A DNA stretch of 64,000 nucleotides. Origin: Callorhinchus milii. Taxonomy: Eukaryota. The notes beneath the pieces were generated by a model that saw only the letters and a program-made list of their open reading frames with translations, ran no database searches and was not told the DNA's origin. Made by a program: the position numbers and the translations under genes. The DNA lies in NCBI RefSeq assembly GCF_018977255.1, contig NW_024704751.1:558001-622000 (forward strand), given 5' to 3'. Positions 1 to 12,417 of this stretch are shown here, piece by piece. Position 1 is the stretch's first letter, and each line of letters opens with the position of its first letter.

Positions 1-435
1 CACATGAAATCCCAGGGATAGATTGTTGGATTGGAATGCGTGCGCTCTCTCGCTCTCTCCCTGGAGGGACGCTTCCTGCTGACCTATTTCCAGAAACTAT
101 TAGGCGCAGGTTGGCCAGGGCCAAGGCTTCGGGGGGAACCCAAAATGTGTGTTGGCATAATTGCTGGAGTCTAACCAGCTAAAACCACATAGCTTGCCAT
201 TGATATTGTCTGCATTTCCACTGCTTGTCCAGCTAGGACCAATCTACCCGTTAGGGCTCTGGCTTGGAAGGTTAACAGGAGCTGAGTGAGATAACCTTCC
301 AGGTCCTGCAAATGAGCTGAGCTGTGCTGTCATCAGCAGTGCCCTGGAGTACTGCGGACCCATCTGGATCAGGAACCAGAGGGCTGGCTCCATTCCGACA
401 TTGTATCGCCAGGCATGTCACCTTGGAGCCAGTTC
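1..435 (+). mobile_element. Unclassified interspersed repeat (other copies at about 1620-1730 -, 11260-11440 +, 28265-28570 -, 32705-33020 -, 61640-61960 +)
   Basis: Shared blocks GAAATCCCAGGGATAGATTGTTGGA, TATTAGGCGCAGGTTGG, GCTTGTCCAGCT and GGTTAACAGGAGCTGAG recur in both orientations. Strand labels are relative to this copy. Confidence 0.7.
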
Positions 436-584
436 AGACTATCAAGGAGGATAGTCACTAGTGGCATAAAGAGTCACATATAAATACATTACAAAGGTGA
501 ACACACTTTTCAGTGTTTTAACCTTTCAGCCCAATGGTGGCCTGAATATAAACAGTTGACCAGTGTGCCAGTGGGAGATTACTC

Positions 585-1085
585 AATAACAACAATTTGT
601 ACTTATATAGCGCCCTCCACACAGGGTAGCGTCTTAAAGCACTTAACAGTGGCGGAGCCTGACTTTGAGCCGGGGGGAGGAGGTGGTGACCGTAAGCATG
701 ATCGAAAAGGAAGTTTTTCAGGCGGGACTTGAAAAAGTGGAGAGAGGGGGCAAGGCTGAGGGACTGAGGGAGAGTGTTCCAGAGCTTCGGGCCGTAGTGG
801 CTGAAAGCGCGACCTCCATTGGTGGGGTGGAGCGTGCGAGGGACGAGCAGGTCGAGCGAAGGTGTCGGGTGGTGGATTGGGAATTGGGGGGGTCAGGGAG
901 CTCGGGTGGTACCAGGGAGTGAAGGGATTTGAACACAAGAGTGAGGATCTTGAAGTCGATCCGTTCGGTGATGGGGAGCCAGTGGAGCCTGGGCCAGAAC
1001 TGGTGAGATGGGGGTACAGAGTTTGGTCTGAGTCAGTATGTGAGCGGCAGAGTTCTTTCCGAATGAGCTGGATTTTTTGAATAGT
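585..1085 (-). mobile_element. L2-clade LINE 3' fragment
   Basis: Degenerate ORF2 C-terminus (IQKIQLI; FKSLHSLVPP) followed by a GTT-repeat tail; homologous to 23400-24270. Confidence 0.8.
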
Positions 1086-1428
1086 GGAGCTGTTGTTAAC
1101 GGATACCAACTCTGAAATAACAAACTATCGCAGAGGTAAAAGAAAATCACAAACACCAAACGCACAAGCACCAAATACACAATCTGTGAGATTTGCAAAG
1201 CCAAAGCCATACACAGGCAAATCCCGTTCAGAATTCCCCATTTGTGGGAATTGGTAACAACAACTTGCACTTATACAGCGTCTCTCACGTAAAGTAACAT
1301 CTCTTGCGGGGGGAGGGGGGGGGGTGTTGCGTGGGGTGAGCGTGGTGAGACACTGATCGGGGTTAATACTGTCAGTGTTAATCCCGCTTTTGTACAGAGA
1401 CGATGGTGGGCAGACGGGAGATACTCAC

Positions 1429-3040
1429 AAGTCAAACACCAGGAAGAAGAAGGTTGAGGTTTGGTAACAATCCTTCAGCGAGACTGGAACACACAAAGAC
1501 AGACAGCGGTGCTTACTCACTGTCAACCATTTTATTCCATTTCCCATTCTCCTCCCTCTCTCTCTGACCCTCACTCATTTTCACTCACTCATACTCCCTT
1601 TCTCTCTCTCGCACACACACTATCTCTGGGATTTCCATGTGTAGGTGGGATACATGGAATTCTCTGCTTGGTTTGGAGAACCTTAAACATGGCGATGGGT
1701 TTCCGCATGTGTCAGCCACCTGGTTGACCTCTCACTCTCTTATCTTACCTCTAGTAAGATAATAATAATCTCATACACTCTCCCTCTCCCTCATATACTC
1801 ACTCTCTCACATATTCCCTTCCTCTCTCATATACATACACACTCTCTCCCTTTCTCTCACACTCACTGTCTCTCATACAGTCTCACACACACTTTCACAC
1901 ACTCACACTCTCTTGCTACACGTACTGATGTGTGGATGCTCTGCCACTTTCTGTAGGATCTCGATCTCCAGGACGGTTGAAACACGGATTTCCTCCAGCT
2001 CTTGTGGGGTCACCTGATCCGAGGTGATGTCAATAATTTTAACGGCATAATCTTGATTGGACTTCTTCTCCACACAGCGCCGCACCACACTGCTCACCCC
2101 CCTGTAACACACACTCACCCGGTCACAGCTCATGAGGTTATGTAGCTCAATGGTTAGAGCACTCGCCTCGCAAGCGAGAGAACTGGGTTTGATTCCTGGC
2201 AGGGCAAAATGTTGGGCAAGTTTCCTTACTCCACACGTCTCTGTTTACCTGGCAGTAAGTAGGAACCTGCTTGTTAGTTGATTAGTGGATCGCGTTTCTG
2301 GGGGTAATAATTCTTTCAAAAAAATAATAAATTGGCGACTTCAATCCACGACTGTTTGTGGGACCCTTCTGTGTGCAATTGGCTGCTGTGTTCACCCACA
2401 AAATATACAATCAATTCACTGTACAGAATATTCTGTGAAGCGCTTTGAGACGTCTCAAAGACATGATAAAGCGCTGTATCAAATGCAAGAATTAGTATTA
2501 TCCTATTCTCCCGATCAGCTTTACCATTGGAGGTGACAAAACACCTCTGTATCTCCATCCAATATAATTTATTATTATTAATAATAATTCTTGCGTTTGG
2601 TGTAGGGCCTTATCATGTCCAAAGGACATCTCAAGTAGCTTCACAGGAATTACTGTGTAATGGAGTGATTGTGTATTTGTTGGCAAACCAATTGCACACA
2701 GCAGTGACCCACAATAACGAGTGACCAATTTTACTTGCAGGATTGTTGGCCAGGACACCAGGACCGAGAGAGAATCTCCCATCTCTTTTCGAAAGCTCCT
2801 TGGAATCTTTAACATCCATCATCTGAACAGGCAGACGGGACCTCGGCTTAATGTCTCATCCGAAGGACAGCACCTCCGACAATGCAACCCCCCCCCCCCC
2901 CCCCAGTGCTGCACTGGAGTCCCAGCGGAGACTGTGTGAGTTCATGGGACACGTTACCTGCCCAGAATCTCCTTCGGGTCATAATTGCTGTGAAATTCCT
3001 GGGCTCCAACCTCATTCACTTGGTCATCCTCGAGGGTCAT
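1429..3040 (-). CDS. PHKG1: Phosphorylase b kinase gamma catalytic subunit, first three coding exons (gene continues beyond window start)
   Basis: Exons 3040-2958 ([28 protein letters not shown]), 2101-1926 (GVSSVVRRC...YAVKIID...HPHI) and 1483-1429 ([19 protein letters not shown]). All GT-AG and phase-consistent, with the kinase Gly-loop and AVK motif. Called PHKG1 rather than PHKG2 mainly from adjacency to CHCHD2. Confidence 0.9.
2136..2500 (+). mobile_element. tRNA(Ala)-derived SINE
   Basis: A/B boxes (TAGCTCAATGG...GGTTTGATTCC), CTCGCAA loop, shared body and ATCAAATGCAAG-(ATT)n tail. Confidence 0.85.
2575..2935 (-). mobile_element. Deu-domain-like SINE remnant
   Basis: Reverse complement contains GGTGCTGTCCTTCGGATGAGACATTAAGCCGAGGTCCCGTCTG, resembling the Deu core from memory, plus the shared L2-type tail. 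Confidence 0.6.
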
Positions 3041-3496
3041 TCCTTCTCCTGGGAACTGGCTGCTGCCTTATCCTGGCATCGATCCTGAAAGAGCAAGAGG
3101 ATGTTGGAGAGAAATGGGTGTAGCAACAGCAGAGAAGCAGAGAGGTAGACACTAATCCAAACTGTGAGTGAGCGGTTGGCTGCAAAGTGTAGTGACTGTG
3201 TGTTTTGTACATGAACACAATTTGTGCGCAGGAACCCCCCCCCCCACAAACAGTCACGATGTGAGTGACCAATTTTATTCAGAGGATTTTTGGCGAGGAC
3301 ACAGGGAGAGAGAGAGAAACTCCATTCTCAGCCAGAGAGAGATCTCTCCAACACCACAGCCTATAAAACAGTCACTAATTTGACAGGACATTAGTTACTG
3401 TCTTCCGGCTGGTTTGACATGATAGAACCATAGCCATTTGAGCCTTGGTGTGGGGGTGTAGGGGGGGGGTCAGTCAGACCCCCCCCTACACCAAGG

Positions 3497-3998
3497 GGTG
3501 TGGGGAGGGGGAGTGTGTGGGGTGGGGGGGCTGTGCGTGTGTGGGTGGGGAGGGGGAGTGCGTGAGTGTGGGGGGGGAAAGGGGAGTGGGGGGGGCTGTG
3601 TGTGGGTGGGGAGGGGGAGTGTGTGTGGGTGGGGGGGCTGTGTGTGTGTGGGTGGGGAGGGGGAGTGTGTGAGGGTGGGGGGGGAAAGGGGAGTGTGTGT
3701 GGGTGGGGGGGCTGTGTGTGGGTGGGGAGGGGAGTGTGTGTGTGGGTGGGGAGGGGGAGTGTGAGGGTGGGGGAGTGTGGGGGGGGAAAGGGGAGTGTGT
3801 GTAGGTGGGGGGGCTGTGTGTGGGTGGGTGGGGAGGGGGAGTGCGTGAGTGTGGGGGGGGAAAGGGGAGTGGGGGGGGCTGTGTGTGGGTGGGGAGGGGG
3901 AGTGTGTCTGTGGGGGGCTGTGTGTGGGGGGAGGGGTGTGTGTGTGTGGGGGGGGGGGCAGTATGTGTGGGGGGGAGAGGAGGGGGAAATGGGGAGTG
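3497..3998. repeat. G-rich low-complexity tandem repeat
   Basis: Recurrent GTGTGTGGGTGGGGAGGGGGA and GGGGGGGCTGTGTG units. Confidence 0.9.
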
Positions 3999-4199
3999 TG
4001 GTCCCAACAGCTTAAATTTGACTAAATTCGTTTAAAATAAACTACAAAAAACAGGAAGCAAAGTGCGAGTCTGTGAAGCTGTGGTATTGGGGTTACAGTC
4101 CCCTCCCATCTCCCCCCCCCCCCCCCGACTAACAACACCCCAACCCTCAGTGCCCGGGGGGTGGGGGGGAGGGGGTGGGGGGGGAGACGGCAGTGGAGC

Positions 4200-4720
4200 G
4201 GCGATCTGTGTCTCAGGTCAGTGCAGTGCAATGTGATGCGGGACTCAGCGCTTCTCTCTCTCTCTCTCTCTGTGTAATCGCGAGCGCATCACCAGCATTT
4301 CACACGCAAAACACTCCACTTTCACACCAAAAGCCGCAGGAGATGGTCTCACTGTGTCCCTCTGTCCGTCCCTCTGTCCCTCTGTCGGTGCCGCGGCTCT
4401 GCCTCTCTCACACCCACTGCCGAGCGCTCCCCCCGTCTCGGGCTCTGAGAGCACTTCCTGACGCGGGAGTTGGGGTGAAGCCGCTCAGGACCGGGGCGGG
4501 TGTCAGCCTTTCCCTCTCGGATGTCGCAGTGCGACCAAACATGGCTCGGCTCGGCTCGGCTCGGCCGGAGCGGTGGCTCTGAGCCAGACTCAGATTAACC
4601 AGAGCCTCTCCCTGAGCTGTAGCGATGTCGGGTCTGTGCCGCTGTGACGGTGGTGACCGACTCCTCTTTACAGAGTGGGTTCTGTTACGCGAAGGAGTTT
4701 TGAGCGCATCGCAGCGGCTC
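4200..4720 (-). promoter_or_regulatory. CpG-rich segment, candidate PHKG1 promoter or non-coding exon 1
   Basis: Local CpG enrichment with (GGCTC)4 near 4543-4563, upstream of the first coding exon (acceptor TTTCAG at 3085-3090). No TSS evidence. Confidence 0.4.
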
Positions 4721-6399
4721 ATGTTTTGGGGGTCAGAGACACCTGTGGAACCCCATCGCCATCACTCGGTCCCCAAAGGGCGCTGAGAATTCCGAGTATC
4801 CCATCCACAGGCGGAGCCCCACAAACATTGTTTGGAAATCTATGGAAAGGATCGCACCAAAAGGTGAAGTGCCCACAGGACGGAGGGTCAACTGTTCCCC
4901 TGTACTCACTTTAAATACATTTATACAAAATTTATACAAAAACAGACCAGTGGGATCACCTTCCTTCGCTCATTACATCTTTCCCTACAATTACAGTGTT
5001 TTTTTCTCTCCTCTCCTGTGCTCTTCCTTCTTTCTGGATCTAAATAGAAAGTTCTTTGCAATGAAGTGACACCCAACAGATCCTCCCCAACCTCATCAAA
5101 GCGTCTCCTCGGAGTGCTCTCCAGTAATGACTGTCCACAGTGACGGTTGTGTTTGACAGAGGTAAAAAGAATCCAACGGACATGAGGTGAATGAACAATA
5201 TTTTATATACATGTATTTAATTTGCTAATCCATGGCACAGCCCTCTCTGCTCTCAGCCCCTGTGGTGGAGGTCCAGAGATGCTGTTGTCCTTCCAGAGGG
5301 CTGTTGTTCATGTGTTTGTCAGGAGCCAAGTGGCTGCCACACTCACACAGAACCAGTCCAGGACTCGGTTCCCCTGGGAAGACCAGGGCCAATTTAGCCC
5401 CAACTACAGCACTGGCCAAGACCAGCAAACTGAGCACGAGAGGGATTACAGGCTCCATCAGGATCCTGGGTTATAAACTGCAGCTCCATCAGGCTGCCCT
5501 ACCCACTGCTTGATCGAACACTGTTGGTCAGGACACAGGTAAAAACTCCCTCCTCCTTCCCCATAGTATCCATTAAAAGAAGAGAAAAATTATTTGGCCA
5601 CATTCCAAAAAGCCAATGTTTTGCTCGTCATCGAGGTATTTCTCTAGAAATGTAAGTGTAACATACCAATCTTTGTCACGTTTACACTGCAAATGTTTGA
5701 ACTCATTCAGCCTCAGGCCAAGGTGGATTGGCTGCTGTGGGCTGGGAGTCCATTGGTTCCTGGAAATGAGCTTGTGTATTGTGTAACAGTCAGTTAGGGT
5801 GACACTCAGTACAAAAGCAGAACAGAAAATAAGTGACAGGTGGTCAGGTGACAGCAAACTGAGCCGAAGCCTGTAGTGTAGGATGTAGGAAAGGCCACAG
5901 TCCTGCCAGCTTCAGCAGAAAATGACACACTGGATTTTGAGGATGCAGAAATCCGTGTCACAGAGAAGTTGCAAGAATATGGAATGCCCTGACAATAGAG
6001 CTGCACAATCAAAATCAATCAGGCTCTCAGTAAGTGATTAGGAGGGCGGGGGATGAAGCGGCATGGGAAAAGGGCAGGGAGAGAAAGCCTAAATATCTGA
6101 CCACATTACAATAAAGCCAATGGTTTTCATATTTTATGTTGTTTTTAACTGCATAAAGATACATAACTGACAAAACACCCACCCTCACATTGGTTAGATG
6201 TGGTTAGACTCAGCTCCTGGCGGAGGTACAGACAGTTACTGTTAGCTGCTGAACCAGAATTTTCTTGAAATGGATTTTATTGACTTTGATTGTACTACAG
6301 TAGTCCTGTCGTGATGTCCTACAAAGGCTCAATGTGCTCCTCCCATTCCCATGCCGGGAGAGGAAGAGCACCTGGGACAGTGGATCTGGGAACAACAAA

Positions 6400-6920
6400 C
6401 AACCACCAATTAAATTTACACAGCACCCTTCACGTTAGGTGGACATCCCATGGTGCTGGACAATTAGGGATTTGGGGGTTGGAATCAGGAGAGGTGGAGG
6501 GCAGGGAAGTGCCCGAAGACTCAATCGAAGGAAGGTCTTGAGACGTGCTTTGAAGAAGGCAAGTGAGGGAATGAGGCGAAGGGACTGTGGATAGAGCTCC
6601 AAAGGGTGGGGGCAGAGAGGCTGAAGGCCTGACCGCCGATGGTGGGGTGGTTGGGAGTGTGGAACAGGCTGAGTGGAGTGAGCGAACAGGTTGATATGGG
6701 GTTAGCAGATCACAGAGGTAGGAAGGAGCAAGGCCGTGGAGGGGCTTGAAGACGAGGATGTGGATTTTTAACTCTATTCTCCGGGGGATGGGGAGCCAGT
6801 GGAGCCCGGTGCAGGAGAGGACACGAGCTGCAGAGTTCTGGATTATCTGCAGCTTGTGGAGGGAAGAGTTGGGAAAGCTGACAAGCAGGGAGTTGGCATA
6901 GTTGAGCCTAGATGTAATAA
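6400..6920 (-). mobile_element. L2-clade LINE 3' fragment
   Basis: Translates to SRLNYANSLL...KLQIIQNSAARVL...LHWLPIPRRIELKIHILVFKPLHGLAPSYLCDLL. Confidence 0.85.
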
Positions 6921-7563
6921 AGCAAATAAAATGAAGATAATGAGAAAGACGAGAAAGTTCTGATAACATTAAAACCAGAGGCAGCCATGGGTTGGGAATC
7001 TGAGCCAAATGGCCTTTCTGTGCTGCTCTGTGACATTATTCCCTAACATTTGATGAAAAAAGCCAAGTTTAAAAAAAAACAAGTTTCTTTGATTCAGAAT
7101 ACAAGAACAGCAAAAAACACCAACCTCCCCCCACACCTGAGAGGACGAAACATTTCTAGTATGTAGGATTAATATTTGATCATCTCTCTCCCTTCCTGCT
7201 TCAATCCTCCATTAACATTCCCATGAAGAGAAAGATATGAATTGGGATTTGTGTCCATATGGAAAAAATAATTACCAGGAGCCATTACTTTTTGAACATT
7301 TTACCCAAAACTTGCAACATTCAACAAGCCAGATGATGAACCCAGCTCTTCAAACTCAAACTGGTTGAAATCTGTTTTATTCCTACAATGTGATAAACTA
7401 AACAATGCATCTCATTAATTAGACACATTTAGAATAGTAGATTATACAGTAAATTAATGTTTAATTTACATGATAAATTAACTTGAAAACATTTTCCACA
7501 TCCTAGTCTTCGATGGTTCTGTTATTTATTTTCAAGTGAAACTGGAATCTTCAAAGTATTTGC

Positions 7564-10500
7564 TTAGGACAGTCCTACAAAAAGAAAAGTCAAAGCAGTG
7601 ATCAACATGTCAAGACAATCTGCAGCAACTCAGTAAAGCTCTGTATAACCAGCAGCTCCTCCCACCCTCCTCCCAACCCCGTAAAACAAAGGTGAATCTG
7701 CAATCACAAGGGCAAACAGCTCACTGAGGGACCCCAGTGGCATAAATCCAACATTACATCAATGGGGGGTTGTGGGGGGGGGGCAAGAAGTTTGTTTCAG
7801 ATCAGAGCTCTCCCATATTGTAGACTTGGAACTGCTTTGCGGATTCTGAAGAAACCTGAATAACTTATTTGGATATTCACTCTTTTTATGGATGGATCAG
7901 GTCTAATTCCCACTTCGACAATTTCACCACGAGTGCACCACATTGTCTCAGTATAAATCTGGGATGAAATAACAGCGGCTGATTATTGAGGCCATGTTCA
8001 AAAGGTGGGTAAACCAGGACACCAGTCTTTAAACATTTTCCACTTGTGTAACTTCTATATTTCACAATATCAGAGAGTCTCAAGTCACTGACCGTTTGCA
8101 AATCTACATTGTTTCAGCACCTCACTGAAACCCTCGCACAGCTTCAGATCATTCTGGTTCTGTGCACATTCCATGAATTGTCGGATCTCGTACTCGCAGG
8201 TACCCTGCTGCTGCTGTTGCTGCTGGTACATGGGCTGTGCAGCTGAAGCAGGTTCCTGCAGAAGGGAACAGAAAGGAGAGTTTGTGAGCGAGAGATGGTA
8301 ATAAAGTGTGAAAGTGTTCCACTGCCTCATAAGGAAATCCCTCCCTTTGATAAATACAAGTTTAAAAGTTGCTGACTAACTGCAAATATTGTACAAGAAT
8401 ATATTAAAAACTATAGTACAACAACCCCAAGCCCAAGGGCAACTTGTGCGATATTACACAAGCAAATTCACTCCATGATTCATTGTTGAGTCATTGCAAT
8501 CTATCACATGCCACAACTGTGCCCTTAACATACCTGATATGTGATGTCCTGCCTTGCAGGCTCAGAGTTGCTCCCTCCGCCAAATCCTCCAGTGAGAGCG
8601 TGACCCAAAGTGTGCCCCACAGCTGAACCCACCGCTACACCAGCAGCAGTTGTTGCCATTTGCGCAAACATGCCAGGCTGCTTTGGAGCTGCTGATATAG
8701 GAGCAACTCCAGCTGGAGGGGCATGAGCAGGTACAAATGAACGAGGTGCTGGTGTTGGCGAAGGGGCCCGTCTGAAAAGGGAAGAAAAGTTAGAAAGGCA
8801 TCAGGCATGAAACTGTCAACAGTTACACCAATAAACCCAAACCTTAAGATTCAATACGTTAGATAATCACACATCAGTGTTGTTCGAAAGATGGTAAAGG
8901 TAATATGGGCAGACATACAAATTTCTCTCCATGTTGGGAGCATAGGGTTGAGGCAAGGCAGATAAGTGCCTCGCCCCCATCTGCTTCCATTACCTTAAAT
9001 GAATCACTTAATTCAATCCACTGATGATAAATTTATTTTTGAATCAGGATTTCAAATCCTTCCAATTCTATGGGCTGAGATTAATGTGTTCTAAAAGTCT
9101 GCATTTCAAGAATAAACTCAGCTGCCTGATGTCCAGGCTGCACCGGGATTCTTATCTCCGTGACACAAAGAATAGTTTTCTTGTCTGAGCTTAATCCACT
9201 TTACTAAATCAGCATTCAAGAAGAAAATACTCTTTATTTGAAACAGCACTCAATAGTTTAATATACACAGACATAATGTCACATGGGTCCTTGGTCTGTG
9301 CTAAATTACTGATCTCAGTTGGGATTTAATTAGCTTGGCACTTCTGGATTAATAAGAGAGAAAAGAAGACTTCATGATCGCTATCCAGAGGGGATCTGAA
9401 AGGTACTTGGATAGGATCAAGTCACAATGCCTGCGATCACTCCACCCTGCAGCTGTACACTCTGCCAACACTCATTCTCAAAGTTCTGTAGCATGTCTCA
9501 AGGCAAGAATTCATTTGGGAACATTCTTCCTGCACCCATTTACATAAAGGGCTCTGTCCTTGGCTTTCTCCTCTTTAATATCTACTTGGTGACATCATCC
9601 GCAGACATGGGGTCAACTTCCATATGTATGTGGATGACACCCAACTCTATCTTTCTACCTCCACCCTCAACTCCAGGACCACTGCTGTCCTGACAATTTC
9701 CGGTCGGACATCAACAACGAACAACAACAAAAAGATTACATTTGTATAGCGCCTTTCACATCGGGAGGATGTCCCAAGGTGCTGGACAGAGTACAGCATT
9801 TCAGACCCGAGCTGGGGTCAGGGGGAGGGGGCGGGGTGGTGGGGGGGGTCAAGTCCTGGATGAGGGCAAATTTCCTACAGTTGAATGTGAACAAGACTGA
9901 GGCTCCTGATTAGCTCACACCCGCACCTCAGGCTGTGGCAGCATCAACCTCCATGGTTGCTCACTACAACTCACCAACTCACCGCCAGTCAGGAACCCGG
10001 GGGTCTTGTTCGACCCTCAACTGTCTTTTCTTTCCCACATCCAAGCCATGACCTGCTTCCCTCACCTCCATAACATCGCCCGACTCCGCCACTACCTCAA
10101 CCCTCAGGCCAGCACTCTGCAGCCCGTGTCCTCTCCCGCACCAAACTCCATGACCCCATCTCCCCCACTCTCGCCCGACTCCATTGGCTCCCTATCCTTC
10201 AGAGGATCCAGTTCAAAATCCTGGTCCTCATCTACAAAGCCCTCCATGGCCTCACCCCACCATACCTCTGAGACCTCCTAACCCCCTACCAACCTGCCCG
10301 CTCCCTCCACTCAGCCGGCTCCGGCTGCTCCACGTCCAAACCACCCGCCCCACCATTGGCGGGAGAACCTTCAGCCACTCTGCCCCCAACCTCTGGAATT
10401 CCATCCCCCGCCTCGCCCCCTCCTTAGCCTCCTTCAAGTCCCGCCACAAAATCCTCTTCTTCCAACCATGCCATCGGTCACCTCCCTTCCCCTCCCTTCT

Positions 10501-11792
10501 CCCCCCTGATCCCAGCTCGGGTCTGAATTGTTTTACACTGTCCAGCCTTGGGACGTCCTCCTGACGTGAAAGGAGCTATACAAATGTAATTTTGTTGTTG
10601 TAAATGGAAAAAAGGCTGGCACGTCAGTGCAGTTGAAGATTGGCAGACCCTTCTCTAAGGTCACTGAATTTTTTAATGCATTCCTGATTCTTTTTTCTCA
10701 GTTGCTAAAATCTGGTCAGTTAGTGAGGACACTTCATTGGAGTCCTGTAGTTTAGCGGTTAGAGCACGTGCCTCGCAAGCTAGAGGATCTGGGTTTGGTT
10801 CCTGGGCAGTGCAAAACATTAGGCAAATTTCCTTACTACACACATCTGTTTATCTAGGAGTAAGTAGGAAGCCGGTTGTTAGTCAATTGACGGATCACTT
10901 TTTCAGGGGTAATAAATAATTCCTTCAAAATAAATAAAAATAATTTGTCTGTTTGTGGGACATTGCTGTGCACAATTGTCTGCTGCATTTAGCCCCACAA
11001 ATATAGTCATTTCACTTTATGGTATATTCTGTGAAGCGCTTTAAGATGTCTCAAAGACATGATAAGGTGCTATATCAAATGTAAGGATTATTATTATTAT
11101 TGCAGTGGAGCCATTTCAGTTATATCAGTCCTCAGTGTTATGTGGAGACTTGAAAAGTCTAAGAAGTTTTCCTACATGATTGTTTGAAGGGAGTAAATAG
11201 AGCGGCCAATGAGCAACAAGAGGCGAACATGAGCAGAAAGAGGATTGTGAGGCTGAGCAAGACTTTGTCACAAAGGCCAGTCGGAGTGGTGTTTTTTTTG
11301 GTCGGTCGGGTGTCTGACATACGCGGAAACCCATCGCTGTGCTGAAGAGTATCCAAACCAAACTGAGGTTTCAGTGAGTCCCACCTACGTATGGGAATCC
11401 CAGGGATAGATGGTTGGAATGTGCACTCTCTCTCTGGAGGGAGTCAGTAACAGGGATTTGAGGAGAGACAACAACACTCTCTCATAATAATAATCCCGGC
11501 ATTTGATACAGCGCCTTATCACGTCCTCTGGACGTCTCAAAGCGCTTCGCAGGATATACTGTAGTGAATCGACTGTGGGTGAAACGCAGAGGAAATGTGG
11601 TTCGAGCAGCGATGAAGAGGACTCGGGGAGACGCTGATGCCAAAGCAAATTTGCTGCTGGGAAAAGGGGCCTCGAGCCGGCGGCGGCCTCGAGCCTCAAA
11701 CCCTGGGCCCCGCGCCTCAATGTCACGCTGACCCTCGCCTCTCACCTGACCGGGGCCGCCATCCGCGAGGGTCGGCTCCTGCTTCTCGGCAT
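7564..11792 (-). CDS. CHCHD2: Coiled-coil-helix-coiled-coil-helix domain protein 2 (mitochondrial), 4 exons, 152 aa
   Basis: Exons 11792-11746 ([16 protein letters not shown]), 8771-8534 ([33 protein letters not shown]), 8255-8093 (twin CX9C: [11 protein letters not shown]...[11 protein letters not shown]) and 7574-7564 (GLS-stop). Total 459 nt. Minus-strand AATAAA at 7525-7530 and 7376-7381. Confidence 0.96.
9545..10600 (+). mobile_element. L2-clade LINE fragment, interrupted by an opposite-strand L2 tail at about 9715-9845
   Basis: [12 protein letters not shown], decayed YADD region and [11 protein letters not shown], with 3' tail GGGACGTCCTCCTGACGTGAAAGG...(TTG)n. Confidence 0.8.
10739..11101 (+). 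mobile_element. tRNA-derived SINE
   Basis: Same head, body and (ATT)n tail as 2136-2500. Confidence 0.85.
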
Positions 11793-12200
11793 CGTCTTCT
11801 TGCTTGATGGAGGAGCGGCGCTCGGGCGGCGGGGCTGCGTGTGTGTGTTTGTATGTGTGCGTGAGGAGAGAGAGAGAGAGAGAGAGGAGAGCAATGGCGA
11901 CCGTGACAACTGACAGCCTTCGCGCTGCTCCGCTTCACACACCGGCGTCAGACCGACTCACTGCGCGACGGCCACCTAGTCCAGCAGCACGCGCCGCACG
12001 GCGCAGGCGCATCCCGGGCCCCAGCCCACATGTAGTCCCGGGGCAGCCCGAGACGCGGCGGGAGTTAGAGTATCCCTCCGCGCACCGCAAGGGGAGGAAA
12101 CTTCTGGAAGCTCCGCCCTTCCTGTCCCGTGACCTCCCCCCGAGCACGTGATCCGTCCCCAGTTACACGTGACTTCCAAGCACCACGTGGTGTTGTGTTG
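11630..12200 (-). promoter_or_regulatory. CHCHD2 CpG island promoter
   Basis: CpG-dense; NRF1-type TGCGCCTGCGC (12001-12011, minus); CACGTG at 12145, 12166 and 12184. Confidence 0.75.
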
Positions 12201-12417
12201 TGGAGTCAGTGTCAGTCCTGTGTGTAAAGTCACAGCACCACAGGCCCTCAGGTCAAACACACACTTGACCACAGGCCCTCAGGTCAAACACACACTGCAA
12301 TGGACATGAAGTCAATCTGTATCCAGTCATGGAATCTTGTGACTGGTTTGCATTTCTGGGCTTCAGAGCTTTGGGACACCTCCAGAGTTAGGTCACTATT
12401 TGGGGAGGACCTGTTTG

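Noticed and set aside
8205-8226. Poly-Q run (Q7) in CHCHD2
   Set aside because: It is short and lies in a linker that is Gln/Pro-rich and variable in this family.
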